Source of the DNA: Methanobacteriota archaeon
Lineage (GTDB): Archaea > Thermoplasmatota > Poseidoniia > Poseidoniales > Thalassarchaeaceae
Direction: 5' to 3'
Length of the DNA stretch: 64,000 bases
NCBI GenBank assembly: GCA_028355015.1
Contig: JAOMRN010000001.1
Coordinates: forward strand, 129,229 to 193,228
The notes under the pieces are model-generated. The model saw nothing but the letters and a program-made list of their open reading frames with translations. It had not been told where the DNA came from and searched no databases. Below, in pieces: positions 1 to 11,112 of the stretch. Within the stretch, counting starts at the first letter, position 1. Every line of letters begins with the position of its first letter. A program made the translations under genes and the position numbers.

Positions 1-1129
1 GACCAAGTGCAACAACGATTGATCCAGTTAGTGTAGCTAAATCTATGATATAAGAGGGTTTTAGTTCGCTAGCTTTCCATAGACCATCTGCGAGAACATT
101 TCGGCCCTCAGCATCAGTATTCAAAACTTCTATTGTCTTACCTGAATAGGTGTTAATTACGTCGCCTGGACGATATGCCTCGGCACTAGGCATATTTTCT
201 GCCATACAAGTAATGCCATTAATTCGTCCTTCATATCCAGTTGCATGGAGTGCCTGAAATAAACCGAAAACAGTTGCAGAACCATGCATGTCTAGTTTCA
301 TTTCATCCATCCCAGCACTGCCTTTAATTGAAATTCCTCCGGAATCAAAAGTAATACCCTTTCCAACGATACAAGGTACTTCTGAATCTTTATTAGCACT
401 TGGATTCAAACGAAAGAATACCATGCAAGGTTTGTGTATACTTCCTTTACCAACCTCGATAAGCCCATACATCCCTTCTTCTTTGAGGCGTGCGTAATTC
501 CAAACTTCAACTTCAACATTTTGCTTATCTTTGGACCATTCAAGAGCTCTTTTTCCAAATTCTTCTGGGTATAACTTATTCGCAGGTTCATTTCCTAAAT
601 CACGTGCTAAATGAACCCCCGTAGCTATTTCATACGCCCTATTTACTGCTGAATTTAACGCATCTTGATGTCTTTCTATGGTTTGACACATTAGAGACCA
701 AGGGCCTTTTTTGTCATCCTCTTTCTTTTGATATTTATCAAATGAATAATCTCTTAGAATCATTCCTTCGGCAAAGGCAGCCATATTCTTAACATTCCAT
801 CCAGTAGTGTATCGAATTACAATTTTAGTCCCATGATTCTTTGAAAGAGATGCGAAACACTTAGCTCCCGTATCTCTAGATTTTTTAGTTGTCAAATCAT
901 TTTTTTCTCCTCCTCCTAATAGGATTATTTGACATTCTTTTGTCCAGATACTCAATGATTCACCAAGCTTACCGGTGAAAGAATCACTAGCAAAAGCAGA
1001 TTTTAATGCAATGCTAGCACTCCGATTCAGATTTGTTGTTGCATTATTTGGAGCTTTATTGCAACCTTCAAAAACAGGTATTACCATTATATTTCCAGTT
1101 TCTAAAAAACCACTTGTTGTAACTTTCAT
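1..1129 (-). CDS. pepA: Leucyl aminopeptidase, M17 family (C-terminus runs off the window start)
   Basis: Absent from the ORF track because no stop lies inside the window. My reverse translation from the ATG at 1129-1127 gives MKVTTSGFLETGN..., then IVGKGITFDSGGISIKG, MDEMKLDMHGSA, NTDAEGRNVLADGL and DLATLTGS, which are classic M17 active-site and metal-site signatures. Confidence 0.85.
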   Translation of the reverse strand, partial: MKVTTSGFLETGNIMVIPVFEGCNKAPNNATTNLNRSASIALKSAFASDSFTGKLGESLSIWTKECQIILLGGGEKNDLTTKKSRDTGAKCFASLSKNHGTKIVIRYTTGWNVKNMAAFAEGMILRDYSFDKYQKKEDDKKGPWSLMCQTIERHQDALNSAVNRAYEIATGVHLARDLGNEPANKLYPEEFGKRALEWSKDKQNVEVEVWNYARLKEEGMYGLIEVGKGSIHKPCMVFFRLNPSANKDSEVPCIVGKGITFDSGGISIKGSAGMDEMKLDMHGSATVFGLFQALHATGYEGRINGITCMAENMPSAEAYRPGDVINTYSGKTIEVLNTDAEGRNVLADGLWKASELKPSYIIDLATLTGSIVVALG

Positions 1130-1273
1130 AAGCACGCGATTATGTTCAATTATACAAAGAATTGTTTATTAAAGTCTCAACTTCAAATCAATATTAGATA
1201 ATATATAGATTATAATTAATCTAGAATTGTATATTTTAATAATAAATATTACTCGAACGCTATATTCAAGTTT

Positions 1274-1690
1274 TTATGTCCTGTAAAACATTCCTTTGGT
1301 CGGGCTCGAATCTTCGAATCCCCATTTCTCATAAAAACCACTAACATCTGCCATTAAACTAACATAGGATGATTTAGGTGCGTTTTTTCTGATATAATTC
1401 ATTATTGAATCCATCATCATAGAACCTAAACCTTGATCCTGTAATTCAGGTAATACCACCATGTCACATATATGATAGACTGTACCACCGTCTCCAATTA
1501 TTCTCCCCATACCAACAGTTCTAGTTAGATTTTCTTTTTCTTCAATAATAATTACTGAAAATAATGAATTGTTGATCCCTCTATGGACACCATCTATAGA
1601 TCTAGATGGCATACCCGCGGCTTTTCTCAGTTTCATGAAATCTTTAACCGATGGGCTCTTCTCAATTAATAAAAATACCAATCTGCTCAC
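1274..1690 (-). CDS. GNAT-family N-acetyltransferase
   Basis: 138 aa. The acetyl-CoA binding segment 'VVLPELQDQGLGSMMMDSIMNYI' matches the Q/R-x-x-G-x-G/A type. Confidence 0.75.
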   Translation of the reverse strand: MSRLVFLLIEKSPSVKDFMKLRKAAGMPSRSIDGVHRGINNSLFSVIIIEEKENLTRTVGMGRIIGDGGTVYHICDMVVLPELQDQGLGSMMMDSIMNYIRKNAPKSSYVSLMADVSGFYEKWGFEDSSPTKGMFYRT

Positions 1691-1693
1691 TCC

Positions 1694-2626
1694 CTATTTT
1701 GAAATATTATTTGCAATATGGCATGCTAAAATTTTTGTAGCAATAAGTGCAGCTGAAAACTCCGTTAAATTCGTTCCCTGTGATGTAGAAATTTCATTAA
1801 TATCTGCACCTATTACTTCAGTATCTTTAGCAGAGAATAATGATTCTATAATTTCTATTGCTCCCCAATAAGAAAGTCCTCCGGGTACTGGAGTACCTGT
1901 CGCCGGAACTAAGCTTCCATCTAGACCGTCTATATCAAATGTCAACCAGATTGGCCCCTCTATTCTTTTAATTTCATCAATCATTAAATCCCAATCCGAC
2001 AGATTAGGATTCACCTTAATCAAATCTCTAGCAAACCAAGTTCTAACTCTTTCATCATTCTGAATAATTTCTTCTTCTTCCGAACTGTAAGTCCTAACTC
2101 CTATCTGAATAACATTACCAACTCCAGCATCTAAGGCTCTTCTTATTACTGTGCCATGTGAAAATTTTTCTCCATTTAACTCATCTCTTAGATCTGCATG
2201 AGCATCAATTTGAACAATAGTTAATTTTTGCAATTCACGATTAATACTAGGGTGTTCTTTTACAGCTTCAATTAATGGTAGTAGTAAACCATGTTCTCCT
2301 CCTAAAATGATTGGAAACTGTTCGCCATTCATCCAAGGTGTAGAGAAGTTGGTGATACTCACGAGAGCTTCTTTGAGGCTAGAGACATCATTATCCCATG
2401 GTTTAGATGTATGAATTTTGAAACCACATGGCAGTTCACTCTCTAGTAATTCATCATTTATTTCGACCTGTGTGCTAGCATTAATACAGGCCTCTGGTCC
2501 AAACTCAGTTCCTTCTCTATAACTTGTTGTCATTTCATATGGAATTGGCAAAATTACAATATCGAAAGGCCCTTCTTTGTCCTCTTCAAGACCCAAAAAT
2601 GTCTTCACCTCCCCTATCTCCATCAT
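1694..2626 (-). CDS. speB: Agmatinase / ureohydrolase family
   Basis: 310 aa with arginase-fold Mn-ligand signatures 'GGEHG', 'QIDAHADLR' and 'LTFDIDGLD'. Confidence 0.85.
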   Translation of the reverse strand: MMEIGEVKTFLGLEEDKEGPFDIVILPIPYEMTTSYREGTEFGPEACINASTQVEINDELLESELPCGFKIHTSKPWDNDVSSLKEALVSITNFSTPWMNGEQFPIILGGEHGLLLPLIEAVKEHPSINRELQKLTIVQIDAHADLRDELNGEKFSHGTVIRRALDAGVGNVIQIGVRTYSSEEEEIIQNDERVRTWFARDLIKVNPNLSDWDLMIDEIKRIEGPIWLTFDIDGLDGSLVPATGTPVPGGLSYWGAIEIIESLFSAKDTEVIGADINEISTSQGTNLTEFSAALIATKILACHIANNISK

Positions 2627-2751
2627 GTTATCGAGGGACTTCCACCGATTAACCGCTTCGGGTTTAGAAAAACAAATTTGAAATCATCTTGAAGCATGGT
2701 TGATAAGTCACGCCCTTCCATACTATAGATATAGGAGGCGGTAATATCGGT

Positions 2752-3162
2752 TTGACATTAGCACAGTTGACTCAAGCCATTCGTCGTAAAGTCGATGAAG
2801 GTATGGAAACTGTTGTAGCCGAAGGCATTGCCGAACATGCTCTTGGATTCTTTGGTTTTTCAAATCGTATAATTGATAATGCATTAGAACCTAACGACAG
2901 GAATCTTTTTTATCAATTGCAAGATTATGATCTTTTAACCACGGAGTCAGAAGAAACAACACTGTGGGATGGAAGAGAATGGAGAATACATTATTGGAAA
3001 TTTAAATCATCAGCAGAGGCCTTCGCCCTAGCAGCTATGGATATGAGGAGTAAAAAGAAAGTTGATGATGATCCTTATGCCGGTATTTATGATGATATGC
3101 CCGCAAATCTTTGGAAAGAAAGGTCAGGTGAAGAAGACGATTGGGAAGAACCATTATTCTAG
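2752..3162 (+). CDS. Hypothetical acidic protein
   Basis: 136-aa ORF in a gap between flanking genes. No motif recognised. Confidence 0.4.
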   Translation: MTLAQLTQAIRRKVDEGMETVVAEGIAEHALGFFGFSNRIIDNALEPNDRNLFYQLQDYDLLTTESEETTLWDGREWRIHYWKFKSSAEAFALAAMDMRSKKKVDDDPYAGIYDDMPANLWKERSGEEDDWEEPLF

Positions 3163-3217
3163 TCATATACAAACAAAATACCAAACTCTTCAAAAGTAGG
3201 ACTCCGGAAGTTAATTT

Positions 3218-6200
3218 ATGGATGTTCGTAAGAAGGCCATTTTGACTCTCTCAATATTATTATTCAGCAGTTTTTCATCTTTGGTATTAGCAGATAGTGA
3301 AAACAACACTGAATGCATTATTCTTACAGATTGGGATTTTGATTATGAATTATTTGAGAATTCAGATGGAAATAGTTCAGTAATATTATCATCAGTTATA
3401 CATAGATATGTAGTTGAGTTTATTCCTCCCTTTATGAATGGTTCAACTCCTCATCTAATTGATTTGTCCGTAAATCACGACAGGAATAATCAGTCTATTG
3501 GGAACTCTTTGAATTCAAATATTGTTGTTGCAGGTGGTGTAATAGATATTATATTGCCTGAAGAGCCTTATTTTAGAGATGAGATTCAGCTTTCAGTTGA
3601 GACTTTAGAAGCTTCATGTTTTAGAGATATCAGAGTTACGAACTGGAATCAGCCAATTTCAGACCATGAAATAACAACTAATCGGACTTGGAGTAATAGC
3701 CTATCTGATTTTTCCCAAAATAGTTCAACGAATCTTTCTTTTGAGGGTCGAGGATGGCAACAAAGAATCGGTCAAAATTTGATTTCTAATGAATTAGGTA
3801 GTGGAAATTTTGAGATTACTAATTCGGGAGATATAGATATTGAGTTAGATTTGGATAAGGTATGGTTGAATCAAACCTATTTTGAAGAAGAATTAGTGGG
3901 ACAAGAATTTGAAATGCAGGGGCAAGGAAATCTATTTACAAGTCAAGATGGCGTATTTATTTCTGTTAACGTTACTGATGCTCAATATAACCGAACCCTT
4001 TCTCAGGAAGATTTTACAGAGCATCTGATAATTAATGGCGATGGAATAGTTCAGATGTTTAGAAATTCCGATGAAGAAGAATCAGTATCTCTAGATGGTC
4101 AAATTTCTACGTTCTATTTCGAGTCATTTGATAACAATGGTGTACGAGATTTCCAGCAAATAAACATGGCCGCATCTGCTACGAGTTTCATTGAATTTGG
4201 CGACGGAAATATAGCGCTTGAGTTAGAAGAATTTAGATTAAATGATTTGTGGAGGTATGGAGTCCAAGAAGAACAATTATTCAAGTATGTAGGAAATGGA
4301 GAGTTTAATTTCATAGTTTCGGATTCGGAGCCATATATCTACTCTAACGGGACCGTTGCTAATTTACACTTTGAAGAGCGTGATGGTTTGATTATTGTAG
4401 ATACTCTTAGAGTGGATGGAACCTACAGCGGGGATGTATCAGGTTCCTTTGGTATAATTCGATATATTGGAGAAAAAACCTCTCAAGTTAATGCATCAGG
4501 GGTTAATTTTGAAGTTAATAAGATAAAAAATGAAAATTGGTTCAATGTTTCATCGTTCTCTAATTTTCCGATTAATGAAGATTTTACTGCTGAACATAAT
4601 CTGACATATGAGTATACGGTTCCTCAGTCGAATTGGGAGAATCCAACTGTAAGATATTTGTACATTGAAGATAATGGCTCAACTTCTGATGAGTATCCGG
4701 AAGTTTCCCCTATTCCAATAGATGTTGAGAGGCCACAAGCTAATTCAATTGATGCGACACCAATAACTAAGGAAACTGGCGTAGCACCTGAAGTATTATT
4801 TTCAGGAGATAAACTTAAAATTTCTAAAAATCTAGATTTCGTACTGTCGGTACTTGTTAAAGATTCAAGAGAGGAAATTATCGATGGCCATACTGTGAAG
4901 GTTATTGACTGGGTTGGCGATTATGGAAATGACAGTTATGCATATGGTAGCATAATAAATGAAGGACTACTATCTGGACTTTTTAATTATGTGAATAGAT
5001 CTGTTATTGTGGATATGGGATTGGATGTTGATGTTGATTTTTATGAGACTCAGAAACTTGATAAAATCCGATATCCATCAGTAATTACAGCCGCCGAAAA
5101 TACACCTCCATCTTTAGAGTTAATCCAATTTAGAGAAGGTTTTTTGTATGCAGAGGGAGGTCTGGCGCACTTGGAGATAACAGTCCTAGATGTTGATAAT
5201 GATATTATTTCTGTTTATGTAGACTTGTCTAATTTTGGGTTGGGAATCATTGAACTTTCGGATAGAGGGTTCTCAGGAGACGAGGTAATTCACGATAATA
5301 TTTGGACCGCATTGGTAAATGCAGAAGGTCTTGAATTTGGTAATAAGTCTGTAGATATAGAAATGACAGATATTTGGGAAACTATTGCCATAACTAGCAG
5401 TATAGAAATACTAAACCCGGCTCCTACTATGTCGTCAATAATCTTCACACCGAGCACGGTTTATCGTGGCGATATCGTCAATGTTTCTATTGTTGCAGCC
5501 GATGCTCATGGTGTTGAATCGATTTCTTTAGAATTAATGAGTTCAGGAGGCGAATCTGTAGATCTGGTTTTCATAGATTCACAGTGGATTGGTCAGTTTA
5601 CGGTTCCCAATCAAATGGCTCCTGGAGAAAGGCTAATTCCAATTCGAATGATAGATAATTATGGTTCATCTAGAATAGTCACGGAATATTCATTAAATGG
5701 CGAAGTATTTGAATCTCTATTAAAAATAAAAAATGAAGCACCTATGATAGTTAATTATAGCATTTTCAAAGATGGCGAATTTTCTAGTGTCGTTCAAGTT
5801 CCAATGGATGGTGAACCGATTCCTCAAGTTTTGGAAGTAACTATTAATGATCCAGATGGAATCTCTTCAGTTCAAGTTAAGATGGGGCGATTAGCACCAA
5901 TTGGGCAATCTAACGACTGGATTTTGATGAATGATAATGGCCTTGATGGTGATAGAATTTCTGGTGATGGAATATATTCTCTAGAAGTTTTTGCACGTTC
6001 TAGTTTACCTAATGGTGAGCTTGAAATTTTAGTTAGAGGTACTGATATTTATCTTTCTACAACTCCTCCTGATGACCAAAGAGTAGTACTTGATTTGGAG
6101 AAAATTGATAATAATCCAGTATCTGAAAATTGGATTCTAGAAAACACCTCTTTTCTAATTATTTTAGGTTTAGTATTCACATTAATTTTATCGGCAGTAG

Positions 6201-6238
6201 GTGTATTGTTGATTTCTCGTAATTCAGAGTTTGAATAA
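3218..6238 (+). CDS. Large secreted/surface-anchored protein
   Basis: 1006 aa. It has an N-terminal signal-like hydrophobic segment (ILTLSILLFSSFSSLVLA), many N-x-S/T sequons and a C-terminal TM anchor (FLIILGLVFTLILSAVGVLLI). Confidence 0.7.
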   Translation: MDVRKKAILTLSILLFSSFSSLVLADSENNTECIILTDWDFDYELFENSDGNSSVILSSVIHRYVVEFIPPFMNGSTPHLIDLSVNHDRNNQSIGNSLNSNIVVAGGVIDIILPEEPYFRDEIQLSVETLEASCFRDIRVTNWNQPISDHEITTNRTWSNSLSDFSQNSSTNLSFEGRGWQQRIGQNLISNELGSGNFEITNSGDIDIELDLDKVWLNQTYFEEELVGQEFEMQGQGNLFTSQDGVFISVNVTDAQYNRTLSQEDFTEHLIINGDGIVQMFRNSDEEESVSLDGQISTFYFESFDNNGVRDFQQINMAASATSFIEFGDGNIALELEEFRLNDLWRYGVQEEQLFKYVGNGEFNFIVSDSEPYIYSNGTVANLHFEERDGLIIVDTLRVDGTYSGDVSGSFGIIRYIGEKTSQVNASGVNFEVNKIKNENWFNVSSFSNFPINEDFTAEHNLTYEYTVPQSNWENPTVRYLYIEDNGSTSDEYPEVSPIPIDVERPQANSIDATPITKETGVAPEVLFSGDKLKISKNLDFVLSVLVKDSREEIIDGHTVKVIDWVGDYGNDSYAYGSIINEGLLSGLFNYVNRSVIVDMGLDVDVDFYETQKLDKIRYPSVITAAENTPPSLELIQFREGFLYAEGGLAHLEITVLDVDNDIISVYVDLSNFGLGIIELSDRGFSGDEVIHDNIWTALVNAEGLEFGNKSVDIEMTDIWETIAITSSIEILNPAPTMSSIIFTPSTVYRGDIVNVSIVAADAHGVESISLELMSSGGESVDLVFIDSQWIGQFTVPNQMAPGERLIPIRMIDNYGSSRIVTEYSLNGEVFESLLKIKNEAPMIVNYSIFKDGEFSSVVQVPMDGEPIPQVLEVTINDPDGISSVQVKMGRLAPIGQSNDWILMNDNGLDGDRISGDGIYSLEVFARSSLPNGELEILVRGTDIYLSTTPPDDQRVVLDLEKIDNNPVSENWILENTSFLIILGLVFTLILSAVGVLLISRNSEFE

Positions 6239-6240
6239 AT

Positions 6241-6315
6241 TGGTACGAGTGCCGGGATTTGAACCCGGGTTCAGGCGTTGGCAACGCCCGGTGATAACCA
6301 CTACACTACACTCGT
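6241..6315 (-). tRNA. tRNA-Gly (anticodon GCC), CCA encoded
   Basis: Hand-folded cloverleaf on the minus strand. Acceptor is ACGAGUG/CACUCGU. Anticodon stem is GGGCG/CGCCU with loop UUGCCAA. T arm is CCGGG-UUCAAAU-CCCGG. The 3' end is ACCA. Confidence 0.85.
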
Positions 6316-6344
6316 ATGTATATTGGGAAACCTGAGTCACTTTT

Positions 6345-6722
6345 CTACGCGTCGGTCTGAGTTTGAGACAATTGCTGTAATAATGATTGTATTTTTTTTC
6401 TAGTTTTTCTGTAGAAATCGATTGACTTTCCAAAAGGGTCTTCTAACCCCCAATCTTCTGAAATTACTAAATTTGGGCATTTAACACCACAACCCATACT
6501 AATTATTTTATTGAATGATTCTGCGTTTATATTATCTATAGATTTTGGATATTGATTCTTAATTTCAATTCCCAATTCTTCGATAACTAATATTGCATTT
6601 TTTGCTATTTTTTGGCCAGGATTTGTGCCTGCAGATTGTGCTTCAAAACCCATATCTTTCGCTAAAGATTCAGCCATTTGGCTTCTACATGTGTTCCCCA
6701 CACATACGAATAGAAGTTTCAT
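6345..6722 (-). CDS. Low-molecular-weight phosphotyrosine phosphatase / ArsC-type arsenate reductase
   Basis: CX5R P-loop 'LFVCVGNTCRSQMAE' lies at the N-terminus. I prefer the ATG at 6722 (MKLLFVC) over the TTG at 6734 given in the track. Confidence 0.75.
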   Translation of the reverse strand: MKLLFVCVGNTCRSQMAESLAKDMGFEAQSAGTNPGQKIAKNAILVIEELGIEIKNQYPKSIDNINAESFNKIISMGCGVKCPNLVISEDWGLEDPFGKSIDFYRKTRKKIQSLLQQLSQTQTDA

Positions 6723-6834
6723 GTTAATATACAAATTGTTTCGCTTAATTAAATAAACTACAATAGTTTCTTGCGAATAATGTAGAAGTAATGTTAACTA
6801 GGGTTGAAGTATCATTTACTCTGCCCATTAATTA

Positions 6835-7848
6835 ATGTCCGATGTTCCAATTCGTCATCATCAAGGTAGTTCTGAGCAAAATGAAGAGAAACCAGAGGCA
6901 TCATCTGAACAAAAAGCTCAGATGGAACAAGCATATCAACAGATGCAGAGGAAACTTAGAATTAATAAAATTGACGAAGATATTAAACATAAAATCATGG
7001 TATTATCAGGTAAAGGAGGAGTTGGTAAATCTACTGTTGCCACCGGCCTAGCCTTATCTTTAGCACGTATGGGTAAAAAAGTAGGCATTATGGATATTGA
7101 CATAACCGGTCCAAATGTTCCCAAGATGCTTGGTTTAGAAGGAACTGATTTACATGTTGAGAATGGAAGAATACATCCAGCAATCGGTGCCCATGGGATA
7201 AAAGTAATTTCTATGGCTTTCCTAATTGAAGATCCTGATAAGCCCGTAATTTGGCGTGGTCCAATAAAATTAGGAGCAATTAATCAATTCATCGGCGATG
7301 TTGAGTGGGGTGAATTAGACGCATTAATCATAGATTTCCCTCCGGGTACTAGTGATGAGCCTTTGACCGTATCTCAAAGTCTCCCAACAATCGATGGAGT
7401 GGTGATTGTAACCACTCCTCAAGAAGTTGCACTCTTAGATAGTCGCAAGTCAATAAATTTCGCTAAAACAATTTCAATTCCTGTAATTGGTGTGGTAGAA
7501 AATATGAGTGGCTATACCATTAAAGGAGAAACAGAACCAAATACAAAAATTGCAATTCACGGGCCTAGCGGCAGTTTAATTGAGACTAATTCCGATAGTG
7601 AGGGTAATTGGTCAATTACTCTTGATGTGTTCAAGAGCGGAGGCGGAGAAGATGCGGCAGGAAATCTTTCAGTGCCATTCTTAGGATCTTTACCTTTTGA
7701 CCCCGGAATTGTTCGCGGCGGAGATGATGGTGTTCACCGAATTGTTGCCGAGCCCAGTGGGGCTACGGCTCAAGCCTTTGATAAAATAGTAGAAAAGGTC
7801 ATTGAAACATTAGAAAAGCCTAGCAGTCCAACAGTTCGCATATCTTAG
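6835..7848 (+). CDS. Mrp/NBP35/ApbC-type Fe-S cluster carrier ATPase
   Basis: 337 aa. It carries the deviant Walker A 'VLSGKGGVGKSTVA' and the 'IIDFPPGTSD' switch. Confidence 0.85.
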   Translation: MSDVPIRHHQGSSEQNEEKPEASSEQKAQMEQAYQQMQRKLRINKIDEDIKHKIMVLSGKGGVGKSTVATGLALSLARMGKKVGIMDIDITGPNVPKMLGLEGTDLHVENGRIHPAIGAHGIKVISMAFLIEDPDKPVIWRGPIKLGAINQFIGDVEWGELDALIIDFPPGTSDEPLTVSQSLPTIDGVVIVTTPQEVALLDSRKSINFAKTISIPVIGVVENMSGYTIKGETEPNTKIAIHGPSGSLIETNSDSEGNWSITLDVFKSGGGEDAAGNLSVPFLGSLPFDPGIVRGGDDGVHRIVAEPSGATAQAFDKIVEKVIETLEKPSSPTVRIS

Positions 7849-7873
7849 AGTCTTATCTCATCTAAGGGTCAAT

Positions 7874-10006
7874 TTGATGATGGTGTTCCATCTCGGACAT
7901 ATTGATAGTATGGCTGTAGGGACTAGCATCTATCTAACTTGGATTACCAGTGCTATAGTAATAAGCATAGCACTAATGCCTTTTTTTAAACCAGATTATG
8001 CTAAAATACGTATGTCTGGCTTTGTCGATATGTTTAGAAGATACTGGGCACATATGATAGTAGTGTTTTCAGTTTATTTATGGAAAGATATACTTGACCA
8101 ATTAGACAGGATTCTTATGGCAAATACTCAACTTGACATGACCCCATATGTCTATGCAATCGAAGGTGACATAGTTTTATGGATTCAAGAATCATTAAGC
8201 AATTCGATATTATCTGTAGGTCTAACTCATTTTTATGTTATGGGATTTATGGCAGTAACGTTCTCATCTTTCGTTTATCCGATATTTTTTGATGACCGAT
8301 ATATGGCAGATAGAGTATCATTATCTATGTTTTGGGTGTATATCTTAGCTATACCATTTTATTTATTTTTCAATGTGAGGGTGACAGGTAATTATATCCC
8401 CGGAATGGAAACAATAGCGTATGACTTAACTCCTGAAATTCATAATTGGTTTATCCAAATAGACCCATTTACTAATGGGATGCCTAGTTTACATATTGGG
8501 CTTCCATTTGCAATATGGCTGACTATGGAAAGATGGGATTCAGATGAGAGGTGGTTACGCTATCGAAGATTATTATTACTATTTATCACAATCACAGCAT
8601 TCACAATTTTATATCTTGGAATACATTGGGTTTCAGACATAATAGGTGGAATTTTAGTAGCAGTAATTGCTGTTGAAATAACTTCAAAGACACATAAACC
8701 TATTTGGCAGTTTGCAGATGAACGTCTGTTTTCCCGAAGATTAGCACGTGCTATTGATGATCCCAAGAAGTGGTTTTCTGAGAGTTGGGTTTTAGTTAAA
8801 AGTGTATTTCAACCACTTCAGAAACCTAGTTCTAGCCAAACTAAGGCATTTATTGCGGTTCTATTGATATTAACTAGTAGTGTGTTATTATGGGATGCTA
8901 CTCATCAAGATTTCCCTATTGAAGGGGTCAATCCAACCAAATCCGCTGGTTCTGAGGGTTGGGTCGTTGGAGTCGAAGAAATTAATGATGAAGTCAAAAT
9001 CAAACTTTGGAATGTTAGTACCCAGAATGAGAAACTTATATCTGGTATAAATTGGATTAATCCTCCTAGTATTGAATTATCTAATAATAGTCTAGTATTA
9101 TTTGATAATTCACATTTAGATTATTTTAATTTGGATAATATCTCTTCGGACGTAATAGAACCAATATTTAGTATTCAAGAAGAAATGAATTTACAACAGG
9201 TATCAATCGGTCAAAATACTAATGGTAATCCGTTTTTAGTTTTAGTTAAAAATAGTACAATCGAAATAATAGATGTTTTTACAAGTCAAATATTAATTTC
9301 AAATGAAATTAATAATTTAACTACGATTGAGGCATCTGATTCCTTCATTGCTTCTGCATTTAACACTGAAAATGGTCCAATTATCAACGTCACGACATTA
9401 TTCAATCCAAATGGTTTCAGATCTAATATAATTATTGAAAGATTTTCTAACGATCTGAATGATGAATATTTGGAAGGATTATTTGAAGTCCCTGTTGATT
9501 ATAACAATTCTACAATCTTAGATATAGAAATGGATGGTAATTTTCTTGTTGCGTTAGTTGACATCGGACCATTGAACCGTCTTATCTTAATAGATTTGTT
9601 AAGCGGAAAGCAGGAAATGATTTCCAATCCACTTTGGCCTGCTGAATCTCCAAGTATTGATGGTAACAACATAGCATTTTTACAAAGACCAATATCAGGG
9701 TCTGATTCTAATTTCGATCCTCTTGAATATAATCGAGAAGTATTCCTATGGGATATTATGGGCAGCAATGAATGGGTTCAGATTACTCATGATGATTTTA
9801 ATCAATATAATCCATATATGCTGAGTGATGGTATTACTTGGATTACAATCGATGAAGATGGGAACTCTGAATTAGTAATCTATTCGTTAGAAAAAACTTT
9901 TGAGGAGTACTCTTCAGTTGTTTTACAATCTGCAATTGTAATGCTTATACCATTGTTATTAGTTTGGTCTCATCAATCAGCTTTAGAAAGAAGATCAGAA
10001 TATTAA
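7874..10006 (+). CDS. Polytopic membrane protein with PAP2-like core and large C-terminal extracellular domain
   Basis: 710 aa with multiple TM helices. The 'SLHIGLPF ... GIHWVSDIIGG' pattern resembles the PAP2 C2/C3 motifs. The C-terminal ~350 aa are Asn/Ser-rich and end in a TM anchor. Confidence 0.45.
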   Translation: MMMVFHLGHIDSMAVGTSIYLTWITSAIVISIALMPFFKPDYAKIRMSGFVDMFRRYWAHMIVVFSVYLWKDILDQLDRILMANTQLDMTPYVYAIEGDIVLWIQESLSNSILSVGLTHFYVMGFMAVTFSSFVYPIFFDDRYMADRVSLSMFWVYILAIPFYLFFNVRVTGNYIPGMETIAYDLTPEIHNWFIQIDPFTNGMPSLHIGLPFAIWLTMERWDSDERWLRYRRLLLLFITITAFTILYLGIHWVSDIIGGILVAVIAVEITSKTHKPIWQFADERLFSRRLARAIDDPKKWFSESWVLVKSVFQPLQKPSSSQTKAFIAVLLILTSSVLLWDATHQDFPIEGVNPTKSAGSEGWVVGVEEINDEVKIKLWNVSTQNEKLISGINWINPPSIELSNNSLVLFDNSHLDYFNLDNISSDVIEPIFSIQEEMNLQQVSIGQNTNGNPFLVLVKNSTIEIIDVFTSQILISNEINNLTTIEASDSFIASAFNTENGPIINVTTLFNPNGFRSNIIIERFSNDLNDEYLEGLFEVPVDYNNSTILDIEMDGNFLVALVDIGPLNRLILIDLLSGKQEMISNPLWPAESPSIDGNNIAFLQRPISGSDSNFDPLEYNREVFLWDIMGSNEWVQITHDDFNQYNPYMLSDGITWITIDEDGNSELVIYSLEKTFEEYSSVVLQSAIVMLIPLLLVWSHQSALERRSEY

Positions 10007-11112
10007 AGTTCGGCATATCTGAACATTTCGTCTAAAGAAAACTTGGCTTTTTCTATTATTTTTTGGTCTAATTCAATAATTTGTTCAGCACGTGGTTCTC
10101 TTAGAGCTTGTAAAATATCTTCTAATAACGTTGCTTTCATATGCCTACACATAACACAAGTTCCCATAATGTTCAATTTTTGTTTTGTTTCTGCCATGAC
10201 TCTATCTGCAGTCCCACATTCCGTAATTAGCATAATGTCGGTCATCCCTTCTTGGCCTAATCTTATTGATTCTTTAATCAATACTTCACTACTTCCAATT
10301 ATATCACTTTCTTCTAAAACATCTGCTGCACATTCTGGATGACTTAAAACTTGTAAGTCAATTCCGATATTTTTAGCTCTTTCCTTCCATGATAATACTT
10401 TTTCTCCAGTGAACAGTGCATGAACTTCACAGACTCCGTCATAGATTATAACTTCCTTCTTACCTCTAAGAGAATTTTGTAAATGCTCGCCCATGAACTT
10501 ATCAGGTACAAAAATCAATTTATTACCCGGTAAGTTTTCACATATTTTCAAGTAATTACTACTAGTTACACACACATCAACTTCTGCTTTTACTTCTGCG
10601 GTAGTATTGATATAACAAGCTACGGGGACTCCAGGATATTTTTCTCTTAAATCCCTTACATCTTGAGCCGTAATACTTTCAGATAGAGAACATCCAGCTT
10701 CAGGTGAAGGGTGTAAAACTAGCTTATCTGGACTTAATATTTTAGCAGTTTCCGCCATAAATCTCACACTTGAAAATAAGATTATTTGTTGTTCTGCATC
10801 TCTAGCAGATTTAGATAATGAGTAACTATCTGATACCTCATCGGCTACACCATATACTATGTCGGGTGTTTGATATGAATGAGCTATCAAGTAGACATCC
10901 TTTTCTTTCTTTAATTGATTTATCTCTAATGTGTAAGGTGCTATTGTCTTACAGTGTTCAACAGTCCATCTTTTAGGTTGTCTAATTACTTCACTTAGCC
11001 TAATAGCCTCTTCTTCGAGTTGTTGTTCTGAGAATACTTTGGGCACTATTTTCCCACGCGGATTAGGTGCTAACGGTAGGTCCATAGACATACTAATACA
11101 GTCATTGGTCAT
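10003..11112 (-). CDS. nadA: Quinolinate synthase A
   Basis: 369 aa. It has 'LIAHSYQTPDIVYGVADEVSDSYSLS', 'SSVRFMAETAKIL' and conserved Cys positions typical of NadA. Confidence 0.8.
   Translation of the reverse strand: MTNDCISMSMDLPLAPNPRGKIVPKVFSEQQLEEEAIRLSEVIRQPKRWTVEHCKTIAPYTLEINQLKKEKDVYLIAHSYQTPDIVYGVADEVSDSYSLSKSARDAEQQIILFSSVRFMAETAKILSPDKLVLHPSPEAGCSLSESITAQDVRDLREKYPGVPVACYINTTAEVKAEVDVCVTSSNYLKICENLPGNKLIFVPDKFMGEHLQNSLRGKKEVIIYDGVCEVHALFTGEKVLSWKERAKNIGIDLQVLSHPECAADVLEESDIIGSSEVLIKESIRLGQEGMTDIMLITECGTADRVMAETKQKLNIMGTCVMCRHMKATLLEDILQALREPRAEQIIELDQKIIEKAKFSLDEMFRYAEL

Noticed and set aside
11039-11110. The Bud32 start at 11039.
   Set aside because: It would overlap the divergent nadA coding start by 74 nt. 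Downstream in-frame ATGs at 11111-11150 give a normal-length kinase.
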